A stretch of 64,000 nucleotides of DNA from the NCBI RefSeq assembly GCF_000150275.1, contig NW_002060943.1, positions 13,118,313 through 13,182,312 on the forward strand. Direction: 5' to 3'. Below, one piece after another: positions 26,301 to 38,140 of the stretch. Every line of letters begins with the position of its first letter. Position 1 is the first letter of the stretch. The notes below the pieces were generated by a model. It saw only the letters and a list, made by a program, of their open reading frames with translations. It had not been told where the DNA came from and ran no database searches. Origin of the DNA: Trichoplax adhaerens. Its lineage: Eukaryota; Animalia; Placozoa. A program made the position numbers and the translations under genes.

Positions 26301-28555
26301 ATCCTTTGCAGTTGTCGATTCCATTCGCAAGCTGACTAATAATTTGTCAAAATCCGCTTTCTAGGAAGTATTGGACACATCACGTTAAACAGAATAAATT
26401 GACAATAGCACAATTTGATTATTTTTCTCTCAGTAGCGCTAATTTTTACCTCAATATTTTTATCCGAAATGGCCTCTTCTTTCGTGACATTCTTGACTTT
26501 ACCTGATCCTAAATTTATGCTTACGGCCTAATTTGGCAATATGATTTAGAATAAAATAGCAAATAACTTTTGTACTCTCGCTTACTTTTAGATTTGTCTA
26601 CTGTAACAAAGAATAGCATTAATCTTTTACTAGAGTGTAAAGGGACAGCATGTTTACGGAATTAAATCTCTAAATTGATACCTTTGCAAAATGATTGCAA
26701 TGGTCAACTACCACAATATTATGCCAACAGAGAAGCAATAAATTACCATTGAATTCGACTTACACATGTACTATTATATAATACTGTAATCATTTACTCA
26801 CCCGAACAATTTCCTCAAGTGTAGATTGTGAATCATCTACGGCTATTATATATTTCACTCGTGGGTTACCATCCATAACATTCAAAATGATACTTGCTAA
26901 GTCTTTGACGTGGATGGTTGGGATAACATTTTGACCATTTCCATAGCATTGCAAATATGGATGATTTAACCATGCAGCCTACAATAAACAAGCGTTTACT
27001 CAAGTAAATGTAAGAATATCTTGCTGATCATTGCGTATGAACATACCTTAAATAAATAATGGAATAAACTTTCTCCACATCCATACAGCATCCCACTCAT
27101 TATAATAAACGTTGAAAATAGCTCTTTATTCTGTGATAATGAATTGTGGTAAAGTGCATCAGATTAAATCATTGTAATTGTTATTATAATCATCTACATT
27201 TTCAATCCTGATGATGTTTAAATAATAAATATTATACTTTCTTACCGTTTTTCCTAGCTTAACAACCAGCTTCTCTAGACTATATTATGTAAATTATAGA
27301 TATATAAATTATAATCATTTCCACATCTATAGATGCGGTATATAACTATCTAAATTTAAGTTATCATTTACTGGATGTACCTAATTTCAGCCTTATAATT
27401 TTGATGTGGCTTACGTCTTCGGTAGTCATCTTCAGTAAAAGGTACTTCCGGATCATCCTAATTATTGGAGCATTACCATGTCAGGCTATCTTTTTACGTA
27501 TAGAAATAGGTATTATGGTCGAAAAACATGAATCTTACGAGATCAATTGGTCGAGTACGAGCCCAAGTCATAGCATTTGATATGCAGATAAAAGTTTTCA
27601 TTCTGGTAAAGGATTCTATTTCTGCGTGTAATGCTGAAGAAAAGTAACGAATTTTAATTCAATAAATTGTGTCGAAGCAAGTTACTAAATTATCATCAAT
27701 AGGTGAGATATTGATGATGTGATAGCAAATAAATTTATTAAACTTGGCAATCAGGTAAAACAACTAAAATTTAAATAGCCTTATCAATAACTCTTAAAAT
27801 TTATTACAGCACTAACGGCTGATGATAGTATCAAGGTAATAATGTACACATAGAAGAGTAAAGCAGAATTTAAAAGAATCCTATATCTGCCGTAACTTAC
27901 CAGACACCGCCCAGGATGCTTGATCGACCAATGACGGATCTTCAGATATATTATAGACGATAATATCGCAACTTTTTAAAGCGGAGAATAAATCTTCCTG
28001 CTTAGATTCCTGATTAATGTTAAAATAGAATAATTTTCAAGGTAAGAGATAGTCTTGAGTAGGTAACTCTCCTTCCTTGTATACAGTGACAAGAAGCTTA
28101 ATCTACTCACCGATACAATCTCTTTTACCCAATTCGGTTTCTTTGCTCCTTCAACCTTAAGTGTGCCAATGACTTCGTAAGTATTTTCCTTGGATTCATT
28201 GCGGTTGTAATCAGCTTGTGAGCCTTCTGAAGCATCGTCAATATCAGCAAGTGTCGCCCCAGGTACGGAATTGGATATTAACTTTAAATTAAAAGAACAA
28301 ATTAACCCCGTCAACTTATCCGTTCTTGATGACATCTATGTTTTAATAATAATTCTTCATTTCATGACTTTCAACTATCGAGTGGAATTATGACATTTGT
28401 AATATGATGTAGATTTCGATATTAGACTTGGTAGCTTTCGTAGCTTATATGATTCAAAGTTAACTGATAATGAAAGGGATCAATATATTTCTTACCTTAC
28501 TAACCACTTTACCGGCGTAGGAATCTACGCTATCAATAAACACTCTAACAGCCAT
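23353..28555 (-). CDS. AK7: Adenylate kinase 7, copy a (spliced, ~23 exons)
   Basis: Exon chain read by hand with GT-AG boundaries: [16 protein letters not shown] (28555-28496), [44 protein letters not shown]-loop FGPPAVGKS (~26000-26025), [24 protein letters not shown]-terminal Dpy-30 motif [33 protein letters not shown]|AEYLLQNNP, stop at 23353-55. Confidence 0.93.
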
Positions 28556-28742
28556 GCTTTTTCTTGTTGATGATCTTTTCTACCTTCGTGTACTGTCGTT
28601 CTTTGACAAGGAAAATAGTCTAACCGACGTTGAATGATAGATACCTCTTCTTTGGAAATTCGTGTACAGTATCTTATCGATTTAAATAGTCACTAGATTG
28701 GAGAGAAGACCCAAGTATAATCTAGCATCATCATTTACTTTA

Positions 28743-28756
28743 GTTCCTATGGCAAC
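28743..28756. promoter_or_regulatory. RFX X-box GTTCCTATGGCAAC upstream of AK7 copy a
   Basis: Matches the X-box consensus GTHNYY-AT-RRNAAC, ~190 bp upstream of the ATG of a ciliary gene. Confidence 0.8.
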
Positions 28757-28938
28757 CATGCCATCGCATTACAGTCTCTGCTCTACGTACTGTACAGTGT
28801 ACAGTTTAAAAAATAAATATTTTGTGCAGTACTGTCGTCTGTACGTCCGTTCATGGTGATGAAGTCTGTTCTGATACTGAACCGTATATAAAATAATATT
28901 CGGCACACCGAGTTAGCTGGCAGCAGCTAGGGTTTGGA

Positions 28939-28968
28939 TTAGGGTTAGAGTTAGGGTTAGGGTTAGAG
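28939..28968 (+). repeat. Short interstitial telomere-like tract (TTAGGG/TTAGAG x5)
   Basis: TTAGGG TTAGAG TTAGGG TTAGGG TTAGAG. Confidence 0.75.
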
Positions 28969-29489
28969 AGCAGTATTGAATTACTATTCTATAGCACAGT
29001 TATAATAGAAAGAAGCTGTTAGTTGCAGCTTTTTCTAGTAGTCCATAGGTGTCACCAGCTTATGACTTTGTTGACACTAATTGCTTGGTGTAGATCTGCA
29101 GTCATAGACAACTCAATCCTACGGCCTACAGGTGGCTGGAGAATGGAGTAGTCCATTGCTGGTAGAGGTATGCTGTCAACAGTCGAGTAAAATCAAGTCC
29201 AATAGCCAATGACGATATAGCCATTAGGCCATGGATGGATTACTGACTGCAATAAAAAAGTAAATGATACCTTGAGTCTAGAAATGCTCTCATTGTTTTG
29301 TATGTTGCTCTCTGCTCCAAGGTTTCTTTCTAACTGTAGTCGTACCGCATTCTGTCGTTGGTAGAACTTTATATGGCAGTCATTTGAAGCGAATACCGCA
29401 AACAGCGCTATAGACCTAGTCATGGGCTAGTAGTTCATGGGGTAGTAGTCCATCGCTAGTATGAAAGAATTGGGTTACTGTAGACCATT

Positions 29490-29503
29490 ATTGCCATAGT
29501 AAC
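29490..29503. promoter_or_regulatory. Second, imperfect X-box-like site ATTGCCATAGTAAC
   Basis: One mismatch from the X-box consensus; lies in the divergent intergenic region between AK7a and the CARD pseudogene. Confidence 0.45.
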
Positions 29504-29688
29504 GTAGTGAGCTACGCCCAACAAATCTGCAAAGTAAGCTACACGCCCGTAAGTGTGGTATTATGCAAAGGATGTAAATAGAAATACCTTAGCCATCTCC
29601 ATTAACGTCCAAAATTATCGATCTTATCTCAAATCTTGACTGATACTCTATAATTTCATCTGCATTAGGGTACAACTCTACTGCTAAA

Positions 29689-30568
29689 ATGCCTCTCTCT
29701 CAGAATTTGATCCAAATTATTGATAAATATTTAAACGAATAGACTGATGTGCCAGTAAGTGAATTCTATGCAGACTTGGCTGCTCGTAAAACATTCAATC
29801 ATCAAAAACTGACTATATTACGAAAATAATCTCATGTCAAAGATCAAGTCTGCCTAACTCTTTCTATTTTGAAAAATAGACAAGATAAACATTTTATTAC
29901 TTTAGTTAAATTGATGAGTCAACATTCAGTTCAAGGTGTACAAAGTTTAAGAGACAAAATTTTGACGGAAACAAAGCAATTTATTTCCCTTGATGATAAA
30001 TCAATCTTGTATAATATTCAATCGCAAGATAGCGAAACAAATATAGGTAATAAAGATTAGTATTGATATAGCATTAAATTTTTAAATCGTTATCAGATTC
30101 GCAACTCTTTAGTCTGTTACTGCCGATGTTATTTCATTATACATTCTCTATTTTAATAATGTACCAGTCATATCAAATAGTAATAACTCGAATAGACTAT
30201 AACAGTAGTGATCGCTAGCTAATTTCAAGCCAAATTATTAATTTCCTAGAACCCAAGATGATGCTTATTGGTTCTCTACAAGAAAATACTCTAAACACTT
30301 GTGGGGGCGAATTAGTTCGTCATATGCCTAGCAATGATATTGCAGTTGAACTTTATAATCGAAAGACTCTAACAATCATAGAATTGCAAGAACTGATCAG
30401 TATAGAAGAGCAGCGACAAAAAACGAAAGGCTGCTGAAGTTCATATGTCAACGAAATATGGCAGCCTTTGCAACATTCCTCAAAATTTTAAAAAGTGATA
30501 AACTATGTTATTCCTTTCTTGGGAAAATGTTAGAAACAGAAATTAAAAATTTAGAAGTAGTATTTTAG
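29689..30568 (+). pseudogene. Spliced tandem death-fold (CARD-CARD-like) pseudogene
   Basis: Exon 29689-30046 (MPLSQNLIQIIDKYLNE*TDVPVSEFYADLAARKTF..LSILKNRQDKHFITLVKLM.., two stops) joins in phase via a GT-AG intron (30047-30249) to exon 30250-30568 (LNTCGGELVRHMPSNDIAVELYNRKTLTIIELQEL..[1-bp frameshift in A-run 30418-23]..NERLLKFICQRNMAAFATFLKIL..FLGKMLE), a CARD-type pattern. Confidence 0.7.
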
Positions 30569-32213
30569 CTTTGTAATAGAGATTTATCATTCGAGATGGT
30601 AATACAGAATTAGCAGAATCTTATAATTTTTTATTTATATCAGAAGGTATACATTTTATTGAGAGTATATTTGGCTCCATTTAGGATAAAGTAAAATAGT
30701 ATAAATAAGTTGGTCTTTTCTGCACAAATGTAAGCATTCATTTTTGGAATGTGAGATATTTGATTTGCTAATACTGTTAAAAGTGTGCGAGCATCTTGGA
30801 ATAAGCTGAGATGTAACAATGTCAATGAATGAACAAATTCTCTTACGGCATTTATTAAAATTTGTTTTCTATGCACTGATGATTCCGTTAACGTAGCCGT
30901 TTATGCAACATTATTTTTATTTTATTTATTTAGTAGAAATTTTTTGTCTAGTATAATTTATGCAATATCTATGAATATTTATTTTGTCCCAACTAGAGTT
31001 GCATTTTCAAAGTTACTTCCATATCTCGGATTACTAGGATGAATTACTAATCTTTTGTTCAGCTTGAAAATATAAAGTAATTTGCTGGCTTTATATATGT
31101 GTTATCCTCACATCTCAGATTATGTATTCAAGAAAAAATTTGCAAGTTTCATGTTCGAATTGAAATATATAAAGTAACTTTCTGGCTTTATTTTGTGTGT
31201 TATCCCTACAGATATTACGAATAAACTGAAAAGGTTTCTATACTTGAGTGGTTCAAAATTTATGTACGACAAAGTTATGATGCGCAATATGTAATTAAGG
31301 TTTGATTAATTATATGCTTAGCTTATGTCCTAAATTTGCACAATGTTCAGGAAAGGTAAAACATTTTAGATATTTAACAAGCATAAGATAGTTCCTAAAT
31401 TATAGTCCCATCACAACCTGTATCATTGGACCTGTGTACCGTACTTCTGAACTTTAACAACCTTTCTAACTTGTCAGGACGCAAGTGGAAGAAATGCAAC
31501 TTTAATTTTCGTTAATAATATAGGCATAATAATTATACTGTAATAACACCAATATCAATCAACACTACTCCAGCGCATCAATTGTAATCATTTAAATTAT
31601 AATTTTAGCATATTTCTATCGTGACTCTTATTAATGTTCATAAATATTGCATAATTCAAATGCTGCATCTCTTACATTTTAAAATTCGTCTTGGATTACT
31701 AAAATGTTCGCCTGTTGACTCAAAGGTGCAGCACAATGCTTTATTGATCGTTTTCATGGAACTTTAAATACTGATATCTTTAGTGATAAATACCTTTTTA
31801 AAGAAAGAAGAAAATTTTGTAAATCTACCATAAACAAAGCTCGTAATTAACTAATGCATCTCTGATAATATCATACATAATCCATAGACTTGGTAATAAA
31901 TATTGAAGCAGCAAAAGACTTGATATTGCTTGCATAATTCAGTAGGTGTAACTAAAATAGTTCGAAGCTACTTAAGTTCACATTCAATTATAATTTAATG
32001 ACCTATACACTATTTGATAATTTAATGAATGAATTAATTGTAGGTTTAAGCTAAAACCTTTTCATAAATAGCAATTTTCAAGGTGATATGTTTTAAAACA
32101 AGATAAACTAAAAGATTTTATATAGTTCGTTTATGGGCTTCAACTATGATGTATCGAATGTTATATACAGCCAACTTGGTGGAACGAAAATTGTGGACTC
32201 TATCAGGATTAAA

Positions 32214-33236
32214 TTACGCGTAATGTAAGTAGTCTTGGTTAGATTGTCTAGTCATTTCTTCCCTTACTTCCCATAACTTTTAACAAGTCCATCATCATCG
32301 CTTGTAGTGCACAGCCTATTTGATAACAATTAGCAAAGTATTTACCTGTAATGCCATTTAAAGATTCATTGACTGCCCAATGTATTGAAGTTTAAGCTCC
32401 TTGTTTGTATGTCTTCAGAAGAAGCCATAGAAAAAGGGCTGTTAAAATATTTAAGATGTCGATTTGCTGTATAGAAAAATGATAATAAAGACCTGTATTG
32501 ACTGCTCCAGGATGCAACAAATTGACTGTAACACCTGTACCCACTAATCTTTGAGCCAATTCACGAGTAAAATAAAACATTGGCCAGTTAACACTGAAAA
32601 TAAGCAGTGTGAGAACCGTAATTTTTTGACCATTTAAAACATCAATATTGATCTTGGCAAAGAAATGCTTTCTCGATGTCAATACAACCATTCTACTAGG
32701 CGAACATATTTATTTTTAATTTATCTATTAGTAAGTTGATCAATGAAAAGTGGCTTAAATGATTGGTCCCCCATTGCATTTTAAATCTGCCTGCCGTCTG
32801 GCCATGTATGAACACATCATTACGCCAGTATTATTAATCAAAATATCCAGAAGAGTTTCATTTTTGTTAAAATCGTTGGCAAAATTGCGTTCAGATTGTA
32901 ACGATGCAAGACCAAGCTTTTGTAAGACAATAATATTACTTTCACTAAATTCAATAATATTTCTGACTACAGCAGTTGCTTTATTTTGGTTACGACACGC
33001 TACGATAAATCCTAGCTCCTCGTTTACCTAAATCGATAGCCATTTCTTTCCTGATACCAGGTATTGCCACCAGTAATCAAGTCAGTCTTGTTAATTATCG
33101 AGTCGAGCTTTACTGCGGCAAGAACCACCTTGCATGTACTGTAGCATCTTAATAGAAAGAGGAAAATGCTAATGATACCAACAGCAGAGGCAATTTCAGG
33201 TACAATTGTCATGATTATAGTTTGATATTTAACCAT
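32214..33236 (-). pseudogene. RDH11/12/13-like SDR pseudogene
   Basis: Fragments ITGGNT, LDILINNTGVM, LLHPGAVNT, KTYKQGA and KLWEV lie in shifting frames; the catalytic motif reads YFQC* (Lys codon replaced by a stop at 32588-90). Confidence 0.92.
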
Positions 33237-34734
33237 TTGGTTTCAGTTTGATATTTCAATCTACAGTACAAGAGGAAAAGATAGTCGTTGTGTCATCGTT
33301 TATAATCGATTTTCTAATCATTGTTAATTGCAGCACTGTTGAGATTTGTTGCTGTACTACTGCGTAGAAAACTAAGCTCAATTAATGATAAAAGAATACG
33401 TGTCGAGATTAGATGAGAATTGGACGATCGAAAGGGAAATCTTCAACGTTTACTTCCCTATTCTGTTATACAGGGAAGAAATCACCTTCAATGAACTACT
33501 ACATTATGGGAGTTCTTCTATCATACGGGACAGCACACCTAGTAGAGCCTCGCGAATGAGATATGTTGAATAATAGAGTTTTGTATGATAGGATCGCATT
33601 GCAATTTGTAAACGGACTTACTGAATGCTTTCAGAAGCTAGGTGATCTAGATCTAACGGGAAATTATTTACTTACTACTTTGAAACAGTAGTAATTCTCT
33701 TCTCGAAAGTAGATTGACATTTGTTTACTTAATAAATTACTACTTCTACTACAGTACCGTCCATGGTCTGTGGGCTAGTAGTAGTCTGTGACAAAGTAGC
33801 AGTAGCTAGCTTTAGCAGCTCCAAGATACTTTCAAAGTTTTGGCTAATTTCGATTGAAATGTTCGTACTGTTTAAGATCTGCTGGTCTGCTACCCATAAA
33901 CGACATAAAACTCGAATAATGATTGCAGTCATAACGATATCGTACACGATTCAATAGAGCAAGTATTCCATACGGAGTGTACAAAAAGCTTTCTGGATAA
34001 TACCGGCATATTTCATGGTAAATTGCTGTCTTAAATTAGGATAAAATTACTGCCTGTGTTGAATTTTTATAACAGTGTTACTGTAATCATAATATGCCTG
34101 AAAGAAGGGTTGAAAAATTGGGCAACAACAGTGATAATTGCTTTATCATGACGACATAGTATTGAACTAGTAGACTGTAGAAGTGTTAAGATATTAGGAT
34201 ATGGAAACCTTTGCAGTTACCTTCTATACATGCTTATGGTGCTCGATCGGTTGAAATGAATTTATTATTGTTCCATAAAGTAACATAATTAGATGAGCAT
34301 GAGAGCATTAACTATCAGCATAATAAATCATTTCGGTCATTTAAGTAAATTTTAATTTTCTTTTCTTTATTGGGATTGTTTCTCTATCGTACAGCCACAG
34401 AATTTGCGAATTTAAATGACAACTAAGAAGGGTGTCATTTTAGTTTTAGATTCAAGTTCTATCTTGAAAATCCTTGCTACTGTAGTAAGCCCATAGAGTG
34501 ACAATATGGTAATATTATTTATCATTTCCTTGTCATCCTTTACCATGAATACATCTATCAGATCTACAGTATAGTAGTTGAAATAGAAACTAACAGGAAT
34601 TGTAGTAAATACACTTCTACCTAATTTTTAGCATAGCATAGTCATTGATGGCTGAAGAAGCGAATGGCGTAGTAAGGCTTCTGCAGCATTTTATTCATGT
34701 AAATGATACACTTTATATCGTGATCCACATAATT

Positions 34735-35706
34735 TTACGAATCCCGACTCGAGAATCCAGTCCATTCTTCGCTTACTTCCCACAATTTTTTAGCCACGCC
34801 ATCATCACAAGCTTGCGGTGCACAGTCTTTCTGACGGCAGTCAGCAAAGTATTCACCAGTTACTCCATTTAATGACTCATCGACTGCACAATAGATGGTG
34901 GTTTGAGCTCCTTGTTTGGATGTTTTCAGTACAAGCCAAAATAAGGGTGCTAATAAAAAATTGAAGAGGCCGACTTGATAGATAGAGAAATGGCGAAGAA
35001 GATCGGTATGAACTACGCCTGGATGTAACGAATTGGCAGTAACACCAGTGCCTTGTAATCTATGAGACAACTGACGAACAAATAAAACATTGGCCAGTTT
35101 ACTTTGAAAATATGCAGTGTAAGGGTCGTAATTTTGGGGATTATTTAAATCATGGAAATTCATTTTGCCACGTCGATGAGCTTTGGAACTGACAACGACA
35201 ATTCTGCTTGGTGTACAGGCTTTCAATTTATCTAATAATAAATTCGTTAATAAAAAGTGGCCTAAATGATTGGTCCCAAATTGCATTTCAAATCCATCTG
35301 CAGTTTGCGTGTACGGGCACATCATCACGCCAGCGTTATTAATTAAAATGTCTAGACGAGCTTCATTCTCGTTAAAATGCTTGGCAAAATCACGTACAGA
35401 TTGGAACGATGCAAGATCGAGTTTTCGAAAGACAACATTACTATTTCCACTTAACTTAATAATATCTCTAATAGCATCCATGGCTTTATTTTCACTACGA
35501 CAAGCTAAAATAATTCGAGCACCTCGTTTAGCTAAATCGATAGCCGTTTCTTTACCGATGCCAGTATTACCACCAGTAATAATAACTGTTTTATGATCCA
35601 GTCGAGCTTGACTACGACATGAACCACCTCTCAAATAGCATCTTAAAAGGAAGATTGAAACACCAGCGATCCCAACAACCGCTGCAATTTCAGTAGTCGA
35701 TAGCAT
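34735..35706 (-). CDS. Retinol dehydrogenase 11/12/13-like SDR (SDR-1), intronless; ATG at 35706 (ORF track extends to a TTG at 35733)
   Basis: N-terminal membrane anchor, TGGNTGIG, ACR (NADP preference), NNAG, FGTNHLGHFLLT, VVVSS, YFQSK, HPGVV. Confidence 0.96.
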   Translation of the reverse strand: MLSTTEIAAVVGIAGVSIFLLRCYLRGGSCRSQARLDHKTVIITGGNTGIGKETAIDLAKRGARIILACRSENKAMDAIRDIIKLSGNSNVVFRKLDLASFQSVRDFAKHFNENEARLDILINNAGVMMCPYTQTADGFEMQFGTNHLGHFLLTNLLLDKLKACTPSRIVVVSSKAHRRGKMNFHDLNNPQNYDPYTAYFQSKLANVLFVRQLSHRLQGTGVTANSLHPGVVHTDLLRHFSIYQVGLFNFLLAPLFWLVLKTSKQGAQTTIYCAVDESLNGVTGEYFADCRQKDCAPQACDDGVAKKLWEVSEEWTGFSSRDS

Positions 35707-35730
35707 ATTGACGATTTGATCAAGTAATAC

Positions 35731-36303
35731 CAATGAGACTATTTTGATCGAACACGACAGATTAATGATCAGCAGTGGAATGGACTTTTAATTCCTATAT
35801 AGTAACTAGACCACAGTAATTTTGCTTTTTCAGTCTAGTAATAGCAATGAGACTATTTTGATCGAACACGACAGATTAATGATCAGCAGTGGAATGGACT
35901 TTTAATTCCTGTATAGTAACTCCAACACCACAATAATTTTGCTTTTTCAGTCAAGTAATAGCAATGAGACTATTTCAATCGAACACGACAGATTAATGAT
36001 CAGCAGTGGAATGGACTTTTAATTCCTGTATAGTAACTCCAACACCACAATAATTTTGCTTTTTCAGTCTAGTAATAGCAATGAGACTATTTCAATCGAA
36101 CACGACAGATTAATGATCAGTAGTGGAATGGACTTTTAATTCCTGTATAGTAACTACAACACCACAGTAATTTTGCTTTTTCAGTCCAGTAATACCAATG
36201 AAACTATTTTGATCGAACACGACAGATTAATGATCAGTAGTGGAATAGACTCTTCAATCCTGTATAGTAACTACGACACCACAGTAATTTTGCCTTTTCA
36301 GTC
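35731..36303. repeat. Tandem array of 5 x ~117 bp directly upstream of SDR-1
   Basis: Unit starts CAATGAGACTATTT at 35731, 35845, 35962, 36079 and 36196 (last copy CAATGAAACT). Confidence 0.95.
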
Positions 36304-36529
36304 TACGATAGGATTGCGACTTTGTTGAGGGGTCTGCAGATGCCAACTTGCTCTTTCGAGCAAGGAGTGTTGTGATTGATTTTTGCACTAAACTGACTAA
36401 AGGGCAGTGTATGAAAGTCGATTCTTTCTAACAAGGTCAATAGGAGGCAGCAGAAAGCAGGACTGTTCCAAGTCGTCAGCTACAACTAGTCTAAAAGCTT
36501 ATGCAGAGATTTTGGGATATGCTGTAAAA

Positions 36530-36541
36530 AGGTCATGAACC
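36530..36541. promoter_or_regulatory. Nuclear-receptor-type inverted repeat IR0 (AGGTCA-TGAACC)
   Basis: Two RGKTCA half-sites head to head; identical copy at 40159-40170 within otherwise diverged paralogous promoter sequence. Confidence 0.5.
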
Positions 36542-36813
36542 GAAATAATATGCACTAGTTATTTGTGCATTTGTATTGTCTGTCTGTTTCGTCGTCGTCT
36601 ACGTTGCTGACTAAATAGTCGAGGGATCGAATGTATACTACAGACCCTTAATAGTAAAAGACTCTAATGTACACTAGTTGTTTGTGCATTTGTAATGTCT
36701 ATCTGGTTGGTGAAAGTAAACGTTGCTGAATAAATACTCTTATTTCCCTTAGGATGTTTTCCACTCCTTACTCTGTAGTCTACCATCAACGACGCTTCAA
36801 TAACGTAATGAAT

Positions 36814-37090
36814 AGAGTTGAATAACGCTGGAAACAGTCTAGGGTTTTAACAGTAAAATCCATACTAGTTTACCTGTGTACCCTATTTAAACAAATAACC
36901 TACTAAACAGAGTTGAATAATACAGGAGACAGTGTAGTATTTTAACAGTAAAATCTGATCTAGCTTGCCTATGTACCCTATTTAAACAAATAACCTACTA
37001 AACAGAGTTGAATAATACAGGAGACAGTCTAGTATTTTAACAGTAAAATCTAATTTAGACTGGTTTACGTCTATACCCTATCTAAAGCAA
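36814..37090. repeat. Tandem array of 3 x 95 bp directly upstream of SDR-2
   Basis: AGAGTTGAATAA at 36814, 36909 and 37004; units carry CCCTATTTAAA (third unit CCCTATCTAAA). Confidence 0.92.
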
Positions 37091-37156
37091 CGCCATTTTG
37101 TTGTTTATTTGCAATTCAAACTCGTCCTTTTACCGGCGTTGCAACTGCAAAACTCA

Positions 37157-38140
37157 ATGATGGTCAACATGCCATCGACTCCTGAAATTGCTGCTGTTGT
37201 TGGTATCACTGCGATTTCTTTCGGACTACTACGATATTTTGTGCAAGGTGGTATCTGTCGTAGTAAAGCTCGTCTGGATAACAAGACAGTCATTATTACC
37301 GGAGCCAACACTGGTATCGGGAAAGAAACAGCCATTGATTTAGCTAAACGAGGCGCTAGAATTATTGTAGCTTGTCGTAATGAAAGTAAAGGGACGACAG
37401 CTGCCAAAGAAATTATTCAATTAAGCGGTAATACTCAAGTTGTCTTTCGAAAGCTCGATCTAGCATCATTTCAATCCATACGTCATTTTGCTAATCATTT
37501 TAACGAGAATGAAGATCGTCTGGATATTTTAATTAATAATGCTGGCGTTTTATGGTGTCCGTATATGGAGACTGAAGACGGATTTGAAATGCAATTTGGA
37601 ACTAACCATTTAGGCCATTTCTTATTGACCAATTTATTGTTGGATAAGTTAAAGGCATGTGCACCAAGTAGGATCGTTGTAGTATCATCACAAGCGCATT
37701 TCCATGGCAAGATGAATTTCGATGATTTAAATGGCAAGAAAAATTACAATTCTTACACGGCTTATTTCCATAGTAAACTCGCCAATGTCTTATTTACACA
37801 TGAATTAGCTAGAAGATTACAAGGGACTGGTGTGACAGCTAATTCATTACATCCAGGTGCAGTCAAGACTGATATTGCTCGTCATTTATCAATCTATCAA
37901 AACAGCTTCTTGAACATTCTAGTACAGCCTCTTTATTGGCTTTTCATGAAAACGGCAAAGCAAGGAGCACAAACATCAATTTATTGTGCAATCGATGAAT
38001 CTATCGATGGTGTTACCGGTAAGTACTTTGCCGATTGTCGAGAAGCAAAGTGTTTACCACAAGGACGTGATGATGGAGCTGCTAAAAAATTGTGGGAACT
38101 AAGTGAAGAGATGACTGGACTTTGCAAAAACCAAGAATAA
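37157..38140 (+). CDS. RDH11/12/13-like SDR (SDR-2), intronless; ATGs at 37157, 37160 and 37169
   Basis: TGANTGIG, NNAG, VVVSS and YFHSK motifs. Confidence 0.96.
   Translation: MMVNMPSTPEIAAVVGITAISFGLLRYFVQGGICRSKARLDNKTVIITGANTGIGKETAIDLAKRGARIIVACRNESKGTTAAKEIIQLSGNTQVVFRKLDLASFQSIRHFANHFNENEDRLDILINNAGVLWCPYMETEDGFEMQFGTNHLGHFLLTNLLLDKLKACAPSRIVVVSSQAHFHGKMNFDDLNGKKNYNSYTAYFHSKLANVLFTHELARRLQGTGVTANSLHPGAVKTDIARHLSIYQNSFLNILVQPLYWLFMKTAKQGAQTSIYCAIDESIDGVTGKYFADCREAKCLPQGRDDGAAKKLWELSEEMTGLCKNQE

Noticed and set aside
35731-36303. Possible CRISPR-like array (also 38700-39840, 45157-45522)
   Set aside because: Whole units repeat with no unique spacers, there are no cas genes, and the context is eukaryotic.
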